This document shows positions 24,641 to 36,390 of a DNA stretch of 64,000 bases, one piece after another. How positions within the stretch are numbered: the stretch's first letter is position 1; every line of letters begins with the position of its first letter. The position numbers were made by a program, and so were the translations under genes. The notes under the pieces are model-generated. The model searched no databases. It had not been told where the DNA came from and saw nothing but the letters and a program-made list of their open reading frames with translations. The stretch is taken from NCBI GenBank assembly GCA_964016885.1, contig OZ024740.1:78058001-78122000 (forward strand), given 5' to 3'. The stretch is from Eledone cirrhosa. Its lineage: Eukaryota.

Positions 24641-25265
24641 GTATGGATTCACCGAACATTTATTATAATGCTCGGTGTGTTTGTAAACAAACATCCCGAA
24701 TTAAGCCGTAGTGTCTAGCAACCATCGTTGCTCATTTGTTCAACACTGACACAGGAACGCTATACTAGTTTCAAGTTTATTAGCTATCGTCAGCAACGTA
24801 CGGCTTAATTCGGGATGTTTGTTTACAAACACACCGAGCATTTTAATAAATGTTCGGTGAATCCATACGTACATATATATATGTGTGCGTGTATATATAT
24901 ATATATACATACTACTGTACGTCTGTATACATATATGTATGTACGTATACATACTTATATTTAAGTAACAGCCGTACTAAGAGTGAGAGATGAAATTTCG
25001 TTTCATTTTTTCCGTTTATCGTTTTCGGTACCCCGGCCGATTAACTCAGTCGATATGCAAATTAGGCTGCTCAGCCGTTAATATGCATAAGGAAAGTATA
25101 TACTTTCAGACGTTCAATCATCTGGCAGGAAGGTATACGTTGCTGACGATAGCTAATAAGCTTGAAACTAGTACAACGTTCCTTTGTCAGTGTTGAACAA
25201 ATGAGCAACGATGGTTGCTAGACACTGTACGGCTTAATTCGGGATGTTTCATTTTTTCCGTTTAT
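24084..25265. mobile_element. Hammerhead-bearing tandem/fold-back element (H3), retrozyme-like concatemer
   Basis: About 1.6 monomers on minus (24084-24799) then about 1.05 monomers on plus (24798-25249); hammerheads at 24294-24336(-), 24757-24799(-), 25137-25179(+). Confidence 0.8.
25137..25179 (+). ncRNA. Type I minimal hammerhead ribozyme, family H3 (best copy)
   Basis: acgttg-CTGACGA-t-agct-aata-agct-t-GAAAC-ta-GTA-caacgt; stem I 6 bp perfect, stem II agct/agct, palindromic stem III ACTAGT. Confidence 0.85.
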
Positions 25266-25297
25266 ATATATATATATATATATACACGTTTATTAAC

Positions 25298-25433
25298 CCA
25301 AGTCATTAGAACGCGGCCATGTAGAGGGACCATCGTCGTCAAGAGATTCAGGTTGTCATATCAACCCCAGTACTTACATTTTTAAAGTGTCGCTATTATT
25401 CTATCAATCTCTCTCGTTCGAGCAGCTAAGTTT
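25298..25433 (-). mobile_element. SINE family B tail fragment
   Basis: gtcattagaacgcggccatg...atcaaccccagtactt...gctaagtt; tail related to the CR1 3' end at 59090-59130. Confidence 0.5.
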
Positions 25434-25443
25434 ATATATATGA

Positions 25444-25484
<41 letters not shown>

Positions 25485-25640
25485 GATCGACAATATCCCA
25501 GACCTCATTTGCTTAACGAGTGGGGTGGTGCTTGTCAAATCGGACCGAGGAAACAAATTGTTTCCATTGTCTTTCCAATTGCTAATAGCATCTGCCTGTC
25601 GCAAATCCAGACAGAAAATTATATATATATATATATATAA

Positions 25641-25673
<33 letters not shown>

Positions 25674-25955
25674 TGTGTGTGTGTGCACACCCACCCACAC
25701 ACACACACTTAATCACGTGTTGAGAAACTGATTAACGACGGGGTGAATGGTCAGTCAAGAGAGTAAAGAACTTTTAAAAAGCATGTATTGGATTCTTTTT
25801 GTTTTGTTTGGCGGTATTGACTATATATGTGTGGTAGTTCTATGAGTGTGTGAGTATATATATATATATATATATATGAAATGTTTATCTGTTGAAAGTA
25901 TTTTGTTTTTCTCTTCCTAATTATTTATCTGAAAAGGTTTTCATTATTTTACATT

Positions 25956-26378
25956 GATTGGCAGCATCGGTAGAGCGTAAGACAACATGCCTTATGGCAT
26001 AAAGTTTTGGCCTTTTACGTTCTGAGTTCTCATCCCCCCGACGTTAGCTTTGCCTTTCATCCTTACGGGAAAGATAAGAAATAGTACCGGTAATGCACTG
26101 GGGTCGGTTCAGTCGACTTCCCCTTCTCTTTAAATTGCTTACCTTGTGCCTAAATCAGAAACCATTATCTTACAACGGCTATGGATTGGATATGTCAGTA
26201 GAGCGGCGGACAACATGCTTAGCGGCATATAGTTACGTCCCTTTACGTTCTGAGTTCAAATCTAGCTGAGATCAACTTCGCCTAGCATAAAGCAACTGTA
26301 ACGTACTGGGTTCGATTTAATCGATTTTCCTCGTTCCTTTTAAATTGCTGGCCTTGTGCTAAAACTAGAAACAAATAT
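25956..26378 (+). mobile_element. Two tandem SINE family A copies
   Basis: Both have tttacgttctgagttc and tails ccttgtgcctaaatcagaaaccattat / ggccttgtgctaaaactagaaac. Confidence 0.75.
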
Positions 26379-26400
26379 TTTACAAATTTGAATCTGTGTA

Positions 26401-26478
26401 TTTTAATGTCTTTCTCTTTTCTCTATTTACAGGTAAGTGGCATTACATTAACTAACTTGGGCGCCTTTCCAGGTAAGG
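26401..26478 (+). promoter_or_regulatory. Candidate recursive splice site / 40-nt RS-exon (26433-26472)
   Basis: Polypyrimidine tract tctttctcttttctctattt-acAG|GTAAGT, then ACTAAC and tttccAG|GTAAGG. Confidence 0.5.
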
Positions 26479-26994
26479 GTCACTACATCACCTTTATGTT
26501 ATTGTAATGGATAAGATATCCGTTATCGTTGCATGTCTTGGGTGATTTAGGTTTTGGTTTATTTGGAGAAATTGTTTTTTTTTACAATTAAGCGATGTGA
26601 GCGAATCGGGAATTCCCGGGATTGATCACACAGCATAGCATTGACCATAGGTCATGAGGAAAATTTGGTAGACAAATGTTTTGGAAGCCTGTCGATTTGA
26701 TTTTCTCTGGAATTTATTATGTCAAGTTGATGCTGTCTGAGAATTACTTTGACGGTTCACATCTCTGTCTCAAGAGCTTGCACGTTAATTTGCGAATCGG
26801 ATGTTCACCATAGAAAGCGACGAATGATCAATCAAGCACATAGTGTGTTGACCTGGTGAGCTTCTTTGACAATACCATATTGATGCAGAGTTTAACGTGA
26901 ACACCCAATCGCCGAACAAGACCAACAAGCAGAGCTCTCATTCTGAAGCCGGGCAACCAACCAAACTGAATTACAGGAGCTCGTCACAACTCCC

Positions 26995-27302
26995 TGCTGA
27001 TACTTTATTTTATCGACTGGGAAGGATGAAACGGCAAAGTTGACCCCGACTGGATTTGAACTTAGAAAGCGAGAAGTCGGAGCAAATATTGCATAGCATT
27101 TTGTTCGGCGCTCTTCAGATTCTACCAGCGGTAACACATTTAGTACGGCGATCTATATCATGTTACTGGCTGGTACTTTATTTCATCGACCCTCAGAAGG
27201 ATGAAAGACAAAGTTGAGCCCCACAGAATTTGAACTCAGAACGTAAAGAGTCTGAGTAAATACTGCATGGTACTTTGCTCGACACTCTACCGACTCTGCA
27301 AT
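26995..27302 (-). mobile_element. Two SINE family A copies
   Basis: tactttattttatcgac...ggatgaa..gcaaagttga...atttgaact occurs twice (26995-27130, 27165-27302). Confidence 0.75.
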
Positions 27303-27744
27303 GGAAAGAAATGTACTAATTTCTACGATGATTTTGCAGGTGTTCTTCCTTTTTTTTTAAAGTCCCCATCTGCCACTACTACATGGAACATCTTGTATCA
27401 TACAGTTGTGTGGAGAAAAGGGGGATTCATGTATGGGCCGCCTATAATTTCCATCGTCGGCCTTGTGGGGTGGAAGTCTAAATGGGGGCGAGATAAAAAT
27501 TAGAAAAAAAAGTTTTTCAGTGTTCGACCAGTTTCATTAAAACCGTGCGACTGTCGTAAGACCACAAATACCACCTCCACCACCACTACAACAACAGCTT
27601 CTACTACTACTACTACTACTACTACTGTTGTCATTGCCATTACTGTTGCTTCATCACCAAGGGCATTAAGGTACTACCAGCATAGCCATCGCCACCAATA
27701 CCTCACCACCACCACCGTCATCATTGTATTCTCCAACGCGGGGG

Positions 27745-27970
27745 AGAGAGCCTTTACGTGGTTGCTCGACCAGCTAGAAATATCAACCAAATCTTTGAAA
27801 TTACATATTACCCTCTTAAAAAATAAGAATCGGAAGGTGTGTTCGTTAAGGCAGTCCTACATATACTGGCTGATAAAGATGAGTTACTCAAGGCTGGAAC
27901 GCCTTTGATCATAGATCTACTCAATGAGAGCCGACATATTGTGGGGGAGGGGGGCTAAACAACGATAACA
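27745..27970 (+). mobile_element. Dispersed SINE-like family D ending in GCTAAAC(AAC)n
   Basis: Head gagcctttacgtggttgctcgaccagctagaaat recurs at 28793, 23790 and, inverted, at 33700-33880; the tail gctaaacaac recurs at 29305 and 63240. Confidence 0.5.
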
Positions 27971-28332
27971 ACCTCGACCACAAACCCATTCCCCCACCAC
28001 CACCACCACTACCGCCTTATGTTCTTTAGAAGTGTTTCTCTCTCACTCTCTCTACTCAACTGTATCTTTTTCTCCCTCTACTCTATCTATCTACCTCACC
28101 TGTTAGGATTTACGGGCCCTTCTAGCCCCCCCCCCCCCTTCTCCACCTTTGTTTTGCCTTCTCCCAATTCCCCCCCCCCCCTCACCCGCTCTTTCTTCTC
28201 TCACCTTTTGCTCTCTTAAAACACCGCTTCCCTTCATTCAGATGGTATACACAGTCCTACACTACACGCATACTCACACACATGTACACTCACACGCAAG
28301 TACGCCCACACAACGTAAATCCACATATACAC

Positions 28333-28363
<31 letters not shown>

Positions 28364-28882
28364 CACTTTCAGAGCCTGTCTGAGACAGACAATTTCGCCC
28401 CTGGAGACTTGTAAGTGGTATAAAACACCTGTATCACTTAATCTCAAGTTGGCAGCTTCTTCACTTTGAAGATGTCGTTCGTCAGTGACAACAACAACAA
28501 CAACAACAACGGCACCTACTACAACTACAACAACAGCAACTACAACTGTAACAACAACAACAGTAACAGCAATAGCAACAACAACAACAGCAACTACAAC
28601 AATGACATCAATAATAGCAAAAATATCGACAAGAAAAAATAACAGCGGCAACAGTTAAAACATAAATGATAACGAAGACATCAATGATAACAATGTCAAC
28701 AACAACAATAACACCAATGTCAACAACAATAACACCAATGTCAACAACAACAATAACACCAATGACAATGATATCAACAAAAACGACCTAATGAGGAGAC
28801 CTCTACACGGTCGCTCGATTTGCTAGTAGTAATGACCAAATCTCCCACAAACCATACCAACCATATATTAGACAATGTAGTC

Positions 28883-29228
28883 GCAGGTATGGCTGCGAGG
28901 TTAAGGACTTCGCTTCGCAACCACGAGGTTCGAGTTGGGTTCCATTGTGTGGCACTTTGGGCAGGTGTCTTCTACCATAGCCCCAGGTTGATCAATCAAT
29001 GCATTTTCAGTGAAATTTCATTGACGGAAACTTTACAGAAGCTTGTCGTATGTCTGTATGTCTCTGTCTCGCTTTCTGTTTGTGCGTCCGTCCGTTTATG
29101 TCCCATAACCTAGCGATTCCGTAAATAAAGTGGATAAGGTGAATACCAGGTTTGAAAAAAATAAGTGGCCTAAAAATCCCATTAAAGTGGTCCCCCATCT
29201 TAAGACTGAACCTAGTGAAGTAGTAAAA
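28883..29228 (+). mobile_element. tRNA-derived SINE family B
   Basis: ggctgcgaggttaag...ggttcgagtt...gtggcactttgggcaggtgtcttctaccatagcc...gacggaaact. Confidence 0.7.
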
Positions 29229-30479
29229 ACAAGGTTCTAGAAATAAGGCATGAAATGGTTTGAAATGTCTTTGATCGAACATTTACCCAATTAGGATGAC
29301 CCAGGTGCTAAACAACATTAACTTGACAATAACATAAACCACAGAGAGACAATAACACAGGTGACTCTCATTTTAACTGGATTGTATTCATTTTTTCCCC
29401 TTTTCTTTCTTTTCGTTTTTCGTGTCATTTTGGGGTATTTTTTTTTTTTTTAATGACTTATTCAGAGAAGGAAGGGCAGTAGCCATGACCTTTTTCAGGG
29501 CCTCCTGGTAAGAAGTGGAGGAGGGAATTATCTCTTCAATCAGGACCATCAACCGAATATTTACAACAGAGTGTACTCTGCAGAAAGCACTCAAGGGCAA
29601 GTCAAAACCAACGTTGGTTGTGTGTATCTATGTATGTGTATGTATATCTACATACACGTTTGTGTTTATCTACATATACGTATGTGTTTATCTACATATA
29701 CGTATATGTGTATGTCTAATGTGGCTTATTTACCAGAGTCGTTAGAGCATTGGATATTTGTTCCAGGTCTCTGAGTTCAAACCCCGTCCATGTTCACTTT
29801 GCCTTTCATTTTTTCGAACTCAATAAAGAAAATACCAGCACAGTAGTGGCTTAGCCCTCTTTCCTTTATCTTATCCTAAATGTTCCGCTGGATCGAGGGA
29901 ATGAGGATCAAGATTGTTTCTATATCTGTTCGTGGCTGCATGGGAACCTAAAACCCTTAATAAAAGCATGGTACATACTACCAATTTATACTCGATTGCG
30001 AGTGACGGCTGTACTAGTAGTAGAGTAGAGTATTATGTATACCTGTGGGTGTCTATTCAGCGTTAAACTAATACCTTACTTTATATTGTTTTTACTGTCT
30101 CCGTTGCTCTTCAACAAGTGGAAGGGAAAATAGTATTTGGCATGATTTATCCATCACTGTAGCGATTCTGCTTCTCCACTAACTACCCTTGTTAAGATAG
30201 GCCACATTCGGTCATAACTAATTACGAGTTTGCACAAGGAATGTTCATCTTCAAAGCTCAAGTCTGGGTAAGATGTTTATGGAAAACCAGCAGTCACGCC
30301 CTGCGCTACTAATGTTAACCAAGAGAAAGGCAAAGGCCGACATTACTTGGTACCATTGTCGTGGCCACTCGTTCTCTCGTTCTCTCACTCTCGCCCCCCC
30401 CCCTCTCTCCCTCTCTCTCCCTCCCTCTCCCCCCTCTCTCTCTCCCCCCCCTCTCTCTCTCTCTCTTATATATATACAA

Positions 30480-31300
30480 AACTGTTTTGCTTAATGACAC
30501 AAAGCGCTGCACAGACAGGGTTTGAGCTGAGCTACTTGCAGAGCCAAAAATATAACTATTCAAGCTATGTTTATTAAGAATCAGTTAAGATGGACAGGTC
30601 ACATGATTCGTATGTCTTAACATATCCTACAAAAATCTTGGATCATGTGCAGCAGATAAAGTAGCTTGGTGGAATGGAGAGGGGAAACATGCAGAACTGA
30701 AAAGAAAAGTGCGGAAGAATGAGATCAACAGTAATAATTGTTTCTACTTTTGGCACAAGATCAGCAATTAACCAGTGCATTACTGGTACTTTATTTTAAC
30801 GACCCCGTCAGGATTAAAGGCAAAGTTAACCTCGGCGGGATTTGAACTCAGAATGGCAAGGGCCGTAACTCTATGCGTCAAAGCATAGCGTCCGACCCTC
30901 TACCGATACTGCCAAATAATGATGAATCTTATCTAGCATTGGTTTTCAAATGCCTTATGTGCCCTAAGCTGTGCTTTTCAAACGCTGGCCTGACGTCACG
31001 CCAACGAGAACATGATGGTAAAGTCCAAGTTGATTATTCAAGCTCCGTTGTAGAGAATCAGTTCCAGTGCCATGTTTGTCAAAAAATCTGCAAATCATGT
31101 GGAGGATTGAAGCGACAATTCAACATACACAATAAGTAAACCCAAAGTGGAAACAAAAAACGAGATGGGACATGATTGTACTTTTTGTGGACGGGTCTTT
31201 CACAAGCTTTCAGGATTCAAAAGCCAGTTGAGATCCCTTCCCAGGAAGGAACAGACATAAAGTGCAAGATGTGGTCAAGTTTTGTATGAAGCAGACGACC
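30480..31300 (+). pseudogene. RTE LINE 3' end with three C2H2-like zinc fingers, interrupted by a SINE
   Basis: QLRWTGHMIRM (RTE motif, 30582); CLMCPK..LTSRQREH, CHVCQK..LKRQFNIH, CTFCGR..FKSQLRSL; ends in (TA)n. Confidence 0.7.
30734..30915 (-). mobile_element. SINE family A inserted in the RTE fragment
   Basis: Head tggcagtatcggtagag, B box gagttcaaatcc, core and tail all present. Confidence 0.8.
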
Positions 31301-31309
31301 TTATATATA

Positions 31310-31370
<61 letters not shown>

Positions 31371-33699
31371 ATGTATGTGTTGTGTGTGTGTGTATAAATT
31401 TAGAAAACGACACATAACATATCAAAGGAATGATATATTTAGATAATTTATCGTTGAGCGAAAAGAGCACTCAATACCGAAGTAGAGTATATATATATTG
31501 AGTCTTGTTACTTTGGAGTTTCGCCTATATACTTACATAATATAATAAACTGGCGAAACTCCAGAATAACAGGACCCACTATTTAACCTTAATAAACGAA
31601 TATATGTGCGTGTGTATGTATGTATCTGTTTGCGTGTATATAGATATGTGTGCATGTATCTGTTTGTGTGTATGTATATATGTATATATATGTGGTTACC
31701 CCCGATTGAACCCGGGACTCATATATATATGATGAAAATAACTTGAGGATAACAGTTCTCTATACCACTTGGCGTAAACCATTGTAGTGCCTTAAATAAA
31801 ATAATTCACTCCTCTCCCCTTTCTTTCAAGCCCTCCCTTCCGCCTCTTTATCAAAGGATATTAATAGAGCAGCTAAAAGGTCCCTAATTCACCTCTATCT
31901 TCTTTAGGCATTGTAGTCCCTTATTCACAGATCATTGAATTGTCGTTATTAAAACCCCGCAAAAGGGGCCACAAATCTATTGTGTTGATGTGTAATTGTG
32001 TATGTACGTTTGTGTGTGTGTATATATGTAGGTACGTGTGTGTGCGTGTATGAGTACGTGTTTATTTATGTATGCATGTATGTAGGTACGCTATGCCTAT
32101 GTGTGTATATGTATGTAAGTACGTGTAGTACGTGTTTATTTATGTATGCATGTATGTAGGTACGCTATGCCTATGTGTGTATATGTATGTAAGTACGTGT
32201 GTCTGTGTGCATATATGTATGTAAGTACGTGTGTGTGTGTGTGTGTGTGTACTGTACTGGTGTGAAGATTTATGGTGTTGGTCTTTTGTTCTCAAACTGG
32301 ACATCTATATCTTATTTGACCAACTGTGAACCTTCACCCCTACTACCCTGCCTGCAAACTCATTATCGCCACCTGCACGTTCCCCTTTTAAATGTGTGGG
32401 TGTATCTATAGATGTGTGTGTGTATATATATGTGTGTCTCTTTCTCTCTCTATATATAGCCAAACTCGCCCTACCTACGGACTTGAGTTGCCCTATACCT
32501 TGGATATTTGCACATACCTATCACTAATATATATATATACAAATATATATATATATATATATATATACAAATATATACTCTACTTGGATTACCTTAAACG
32601 ATATCTCGTTAACTTTATATATATATACACATTTATATATGTTTATATATATATATATATATAATGTTTGTGTGTGTATACGTGTGTGTGTGTGTGTGTA
32701 AATTTAAAAGAGTCAGTGTTGCAACATATGTAAAAACTTTATTTGCATACTACAATTGTTTCGATATCGATCAGCTCAGAGTACAATCAAGCTGATCGAT
32801 ATCATAACAATTGTAATATGCAAATAAAGTTTGTACATATGTTGCAACATTGACTTCGAATCTTATAAATCTATTTACACTGTACATACTACAGCCGTAA
32901 TACTGGATTACAACCCAAATGAAAAAAAACTCGTAACAGCATTGAGTGTTTCAAACGGCGTGGCGCCTGTAACTGTTGTTACACTCCTAACACACATGCA
33001 CACAAACAACACATGCGCACACACACACACCACATGCACATACACTATAAATGGAGAAGAGAAAAGCACGGTTTGCCACATTAGTAGATAAACTTAGAAA
33101 GGAGAAGGCAAGAAACAAAGTAAAAGGAAAAACGACTTTTTTAAAGCGAAACCTTAAAAAATTATTTTTTTGAAAATAAATATACAAATGTAGGACACAG
33201 AATATATATATTTAATTCATTGAGATGAATTTGGGCAGTTTCGACACCTACCAATGGTACTGCTGGTTCATCCGGGGTCACAGCGTCTGTCCAAAGGAGC
33301 AAGAGACAAAAGACAAACAGTAATTCATAGTCGTTAAGCTATAAACATACACAATTTTGTGTGACGTTAGGGGAAATGTCTAGTGCCTCACATACCACGT
33401 GTTGTCCTTTATATATATATTAAAGCCCGGCGTTGCCTCGGGGTCAGTAAGTTACCAAAGTTAGGTTGCACCACCCATTTTATGGCAGCACTTTTTTGTC
33501 TGCCAGGCACTGGGTGAATGAATTGCAGACCTGGACTGCCGAAGCAGGAGCTGCGTCAGCAGTGACAATTGTAGTTTCGCCTATGGTTATTATCTCTGTG
33601 CAAAGAAGTGTTGAAATTTATTGTTTCACAGTACTTGCGCAACACGCGCGTAGATGCCAGCCGAACGATGGAGTTGTTCTGCATGGTTGTCTAATGTGT

Positions 33700-33881
33700 G
33701 TTTTCAAAATTTAAGACAGTTGGGAGGGGTGTGATATGGGGGAGAGTTAGTTGCTGTTTCTAGCAGGTTTAATGACCTCATAGAGGATATGTTTTCTAAA
33801 TTTAAGACAGTAGGGAATGGTGTGATATGGGGGAGAGTTAGCTGCTGTTTCTAGCAGGTTTAGTGACCTCATAGAGGATAT
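33700..33881 (-). repeat. Tandem ~90-bp duplication of the family D head
   Basis: aaatttaagacagt...gtgtgatatgggggagagttag...ctagcaggttta.tgacctcatagaggatat occurs twice. Confidence 0.8.
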
Positions 33882-34225
33882 TATCGTGTATAGTAAATGA
33901 ACTGATACTTCTTTCTTCCACGTCCGTTGATAGATGTTTTAAAAAAGATTTATCACTATTTTTGTTGTTGAATAAATTTATCTGTTGCTTTTTAATAATT
34001 GTTGTTTCGTATGAAATGTTATAAGTTCTCTTTGTCATTGAAGTAAATAAATGTTTGACCGTTCCACACTCAAAAACAAACGTTCTCTCTCTCTTAAAGT
34101 TTGTAAGTTTAATCCTAAGAGAAAGTTGCAGCATGTATGTAGTTTTATCGAATTTAAGGAGAGTAGAGAGAGGTATCTGATTGTATTAGAGGGGTAAAGC
34201 GTCATGTATTTAGTTTTATCGATTA

Positions 34226-34886
34226 CTAGCAGTAAAGCCCGGCGTTGCTCGGGGTCGCTCAGTAGCTGTGTTAAAGTTACAATGTTGAGTTTCTTTTTTG
34301 GCTTAAAGTCTGTCTGCACGACTGTCTGTCTGCACGCCTAACGAAATTTACAGATACATATATTTTAAATAAACTTATATAATTTTTGCTTTTTTTTACG
34401 AAATATTTGCTTGTTTTACGTAGTCTTTAAATAGACTTGTTTTCAAGTAAAAATATTGTTTTAAAAGGCTTTTAAATGGAAATGAAGCAAAACGGAAGCT
34501 TAGTGTTCGAACTGGTGAATTTTGCAGGTCAAAATTTTGCTGGCTCGACAACTGTTCGTGTATTGTGTTAATGTCATTTTAAACGCTGAGAAAGCCAGCG
34601 TAATTTTTTTAATTTTTGCACGCAGAAAATGTAAACAGAACGTAAGACGCTCAATGTAAATAGAACAAAGGGAAATAACTCGTCACTTACGCTCAAAAAA
34701 TCGATACATTAGATTCGATTTCGTCACATAGGGTGGGTCAATTTGAAATTTTTTTTTTCCCATGTCTTCGCTAGGGCTCAATGTACAAGTATAGCAATTT
34801 CGGTGCAATTCCGTCAGAGATTCTAAGAGGAGATGTGTGCCAAAAATCGATAGACAGACAGACAACCACAGCTTTATATATATAGA
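34226..34886 (-). mobile_element. Non-autonomous Helitron
   Basis: Minus strand A|TCtatatatataaag...(TGTC)n ... hairpin cccgagcaacgccggg, 8 nt, CTAG|T: canonical TC/CTAG termini in an AT target with no TSD. Confidence 0.8.
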
Positions 34887-35448
34887 TTTCCGTAATTGTG
34901 GGTGAGTTTGAATGAAATAAATAGTCGTTGACCACTTACAACATTCTTACAGACTTTGAGTCGAATCAGTTTCAAATTGTGCAAATGTATAAACATGGAA
35001 CATGCACACACACACACACACACACACACACGCGCACACGCACACGCACACCACACGCACACCACACGCACACGCACACGCACACACACCCACCCCCCAC
35101 ACACACACTAATAATAATAATAATAATAATAATCTGCCTTTTATAGATAATGATATATGTATATATATATATTATTATTAGAAATGTAAGCTATCGCCGT
35201 ATTTTGACTAAAGAAATTATTTAGAAATTATTTAGTATTGACGTACATGTACGTCAATACTCATCTTTTTCCATTTCTCCGAGGGTTCTTAACCCCACTA
35301 TCAGGCTAAATAATTTCTTTAATTTCTTTAGTCAAAATTCGGCGATAGCTTACATTTCTAATAAATTCAAACCCTCTCGCTGTTTCGAAAATATTCTTAC
35401 ATATATATATATGTATATATATATGTGTATATATATATATATATGTAG

Positions 35449-35489
<41 letters not shown>

Positions 35490-35979
35490 AGTAGCGTGTG
35501 TGTTTGTTTGTATGTATGAGTGTTGCTGTGTGCGCGCGTATGTATGCGTGCGTGTGTGTGCGCGCGTATGTATGCGCGTGTCAATGTCGTACGTATAAGT
35601 GTCAATAAGTGATTTTTTTTTGGGGGGGGGGGTTACGCGGGTACATAGAAATATATATGTATATATATATGTATACACATATATATATGTGTATATATAT
35701 GTATGTATATGTATGTATATATATGTATGTACATATATGTATGTATATGTATGTATATATATATATATGTATGTATATGTATGTATATATATATATATGT
35801 ATGTATATGTATGTATATATATATATATGTATGTATATGTATATGTATGTATATATATATATATGTATGTATATGTATGTATATATATATGTATGTATGT
35901 ATATATATATATATATGTATGTATATGTATATATATATATATGTATGTATATGTATATATATATATATGTATGTATATG

Positions 35980-36012
<33 letters not shown>

Positions 36013-36091
36013 GTATATATATGTATGTATATATATATGTATGTATATATATGTATATATATGTATGTATATGTATGTATATATATGTATG

Positions 36092-36134
<43 letters not shown>

Positions 36135-36390
36135 GTATGTATGTATATATGTATATATATGTATGTATGTATGTATATATATGTATGTATGTATGTATAT
36201 ATATGTATGTATGTATGTATATATATGTATGTATGTATATATGTATATATATGTATGTATATATATGTATATATATGTATGTATGTATATATGTATATGT
36301 ATGTATGTATGTATGTATATATATATATGTATGTATGTATATATATATGTATATATATGTATGTATATATATATATGTATATATATATAT

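Noticed and set aside
28373-28410. Possible 38-nt exon (tttcag ... gtaagt)
   Set aside because: Acceptor is mostly a (CA)n run and there is no coding signal
31740-31800. Degenerate hammerhead-like ttgagga...gtaaaccattgta (also cggatga...gaaac on minus at ~33235-33275)
   Set aside because: Multiple core mismatches and poor stems; at best decayed remnants
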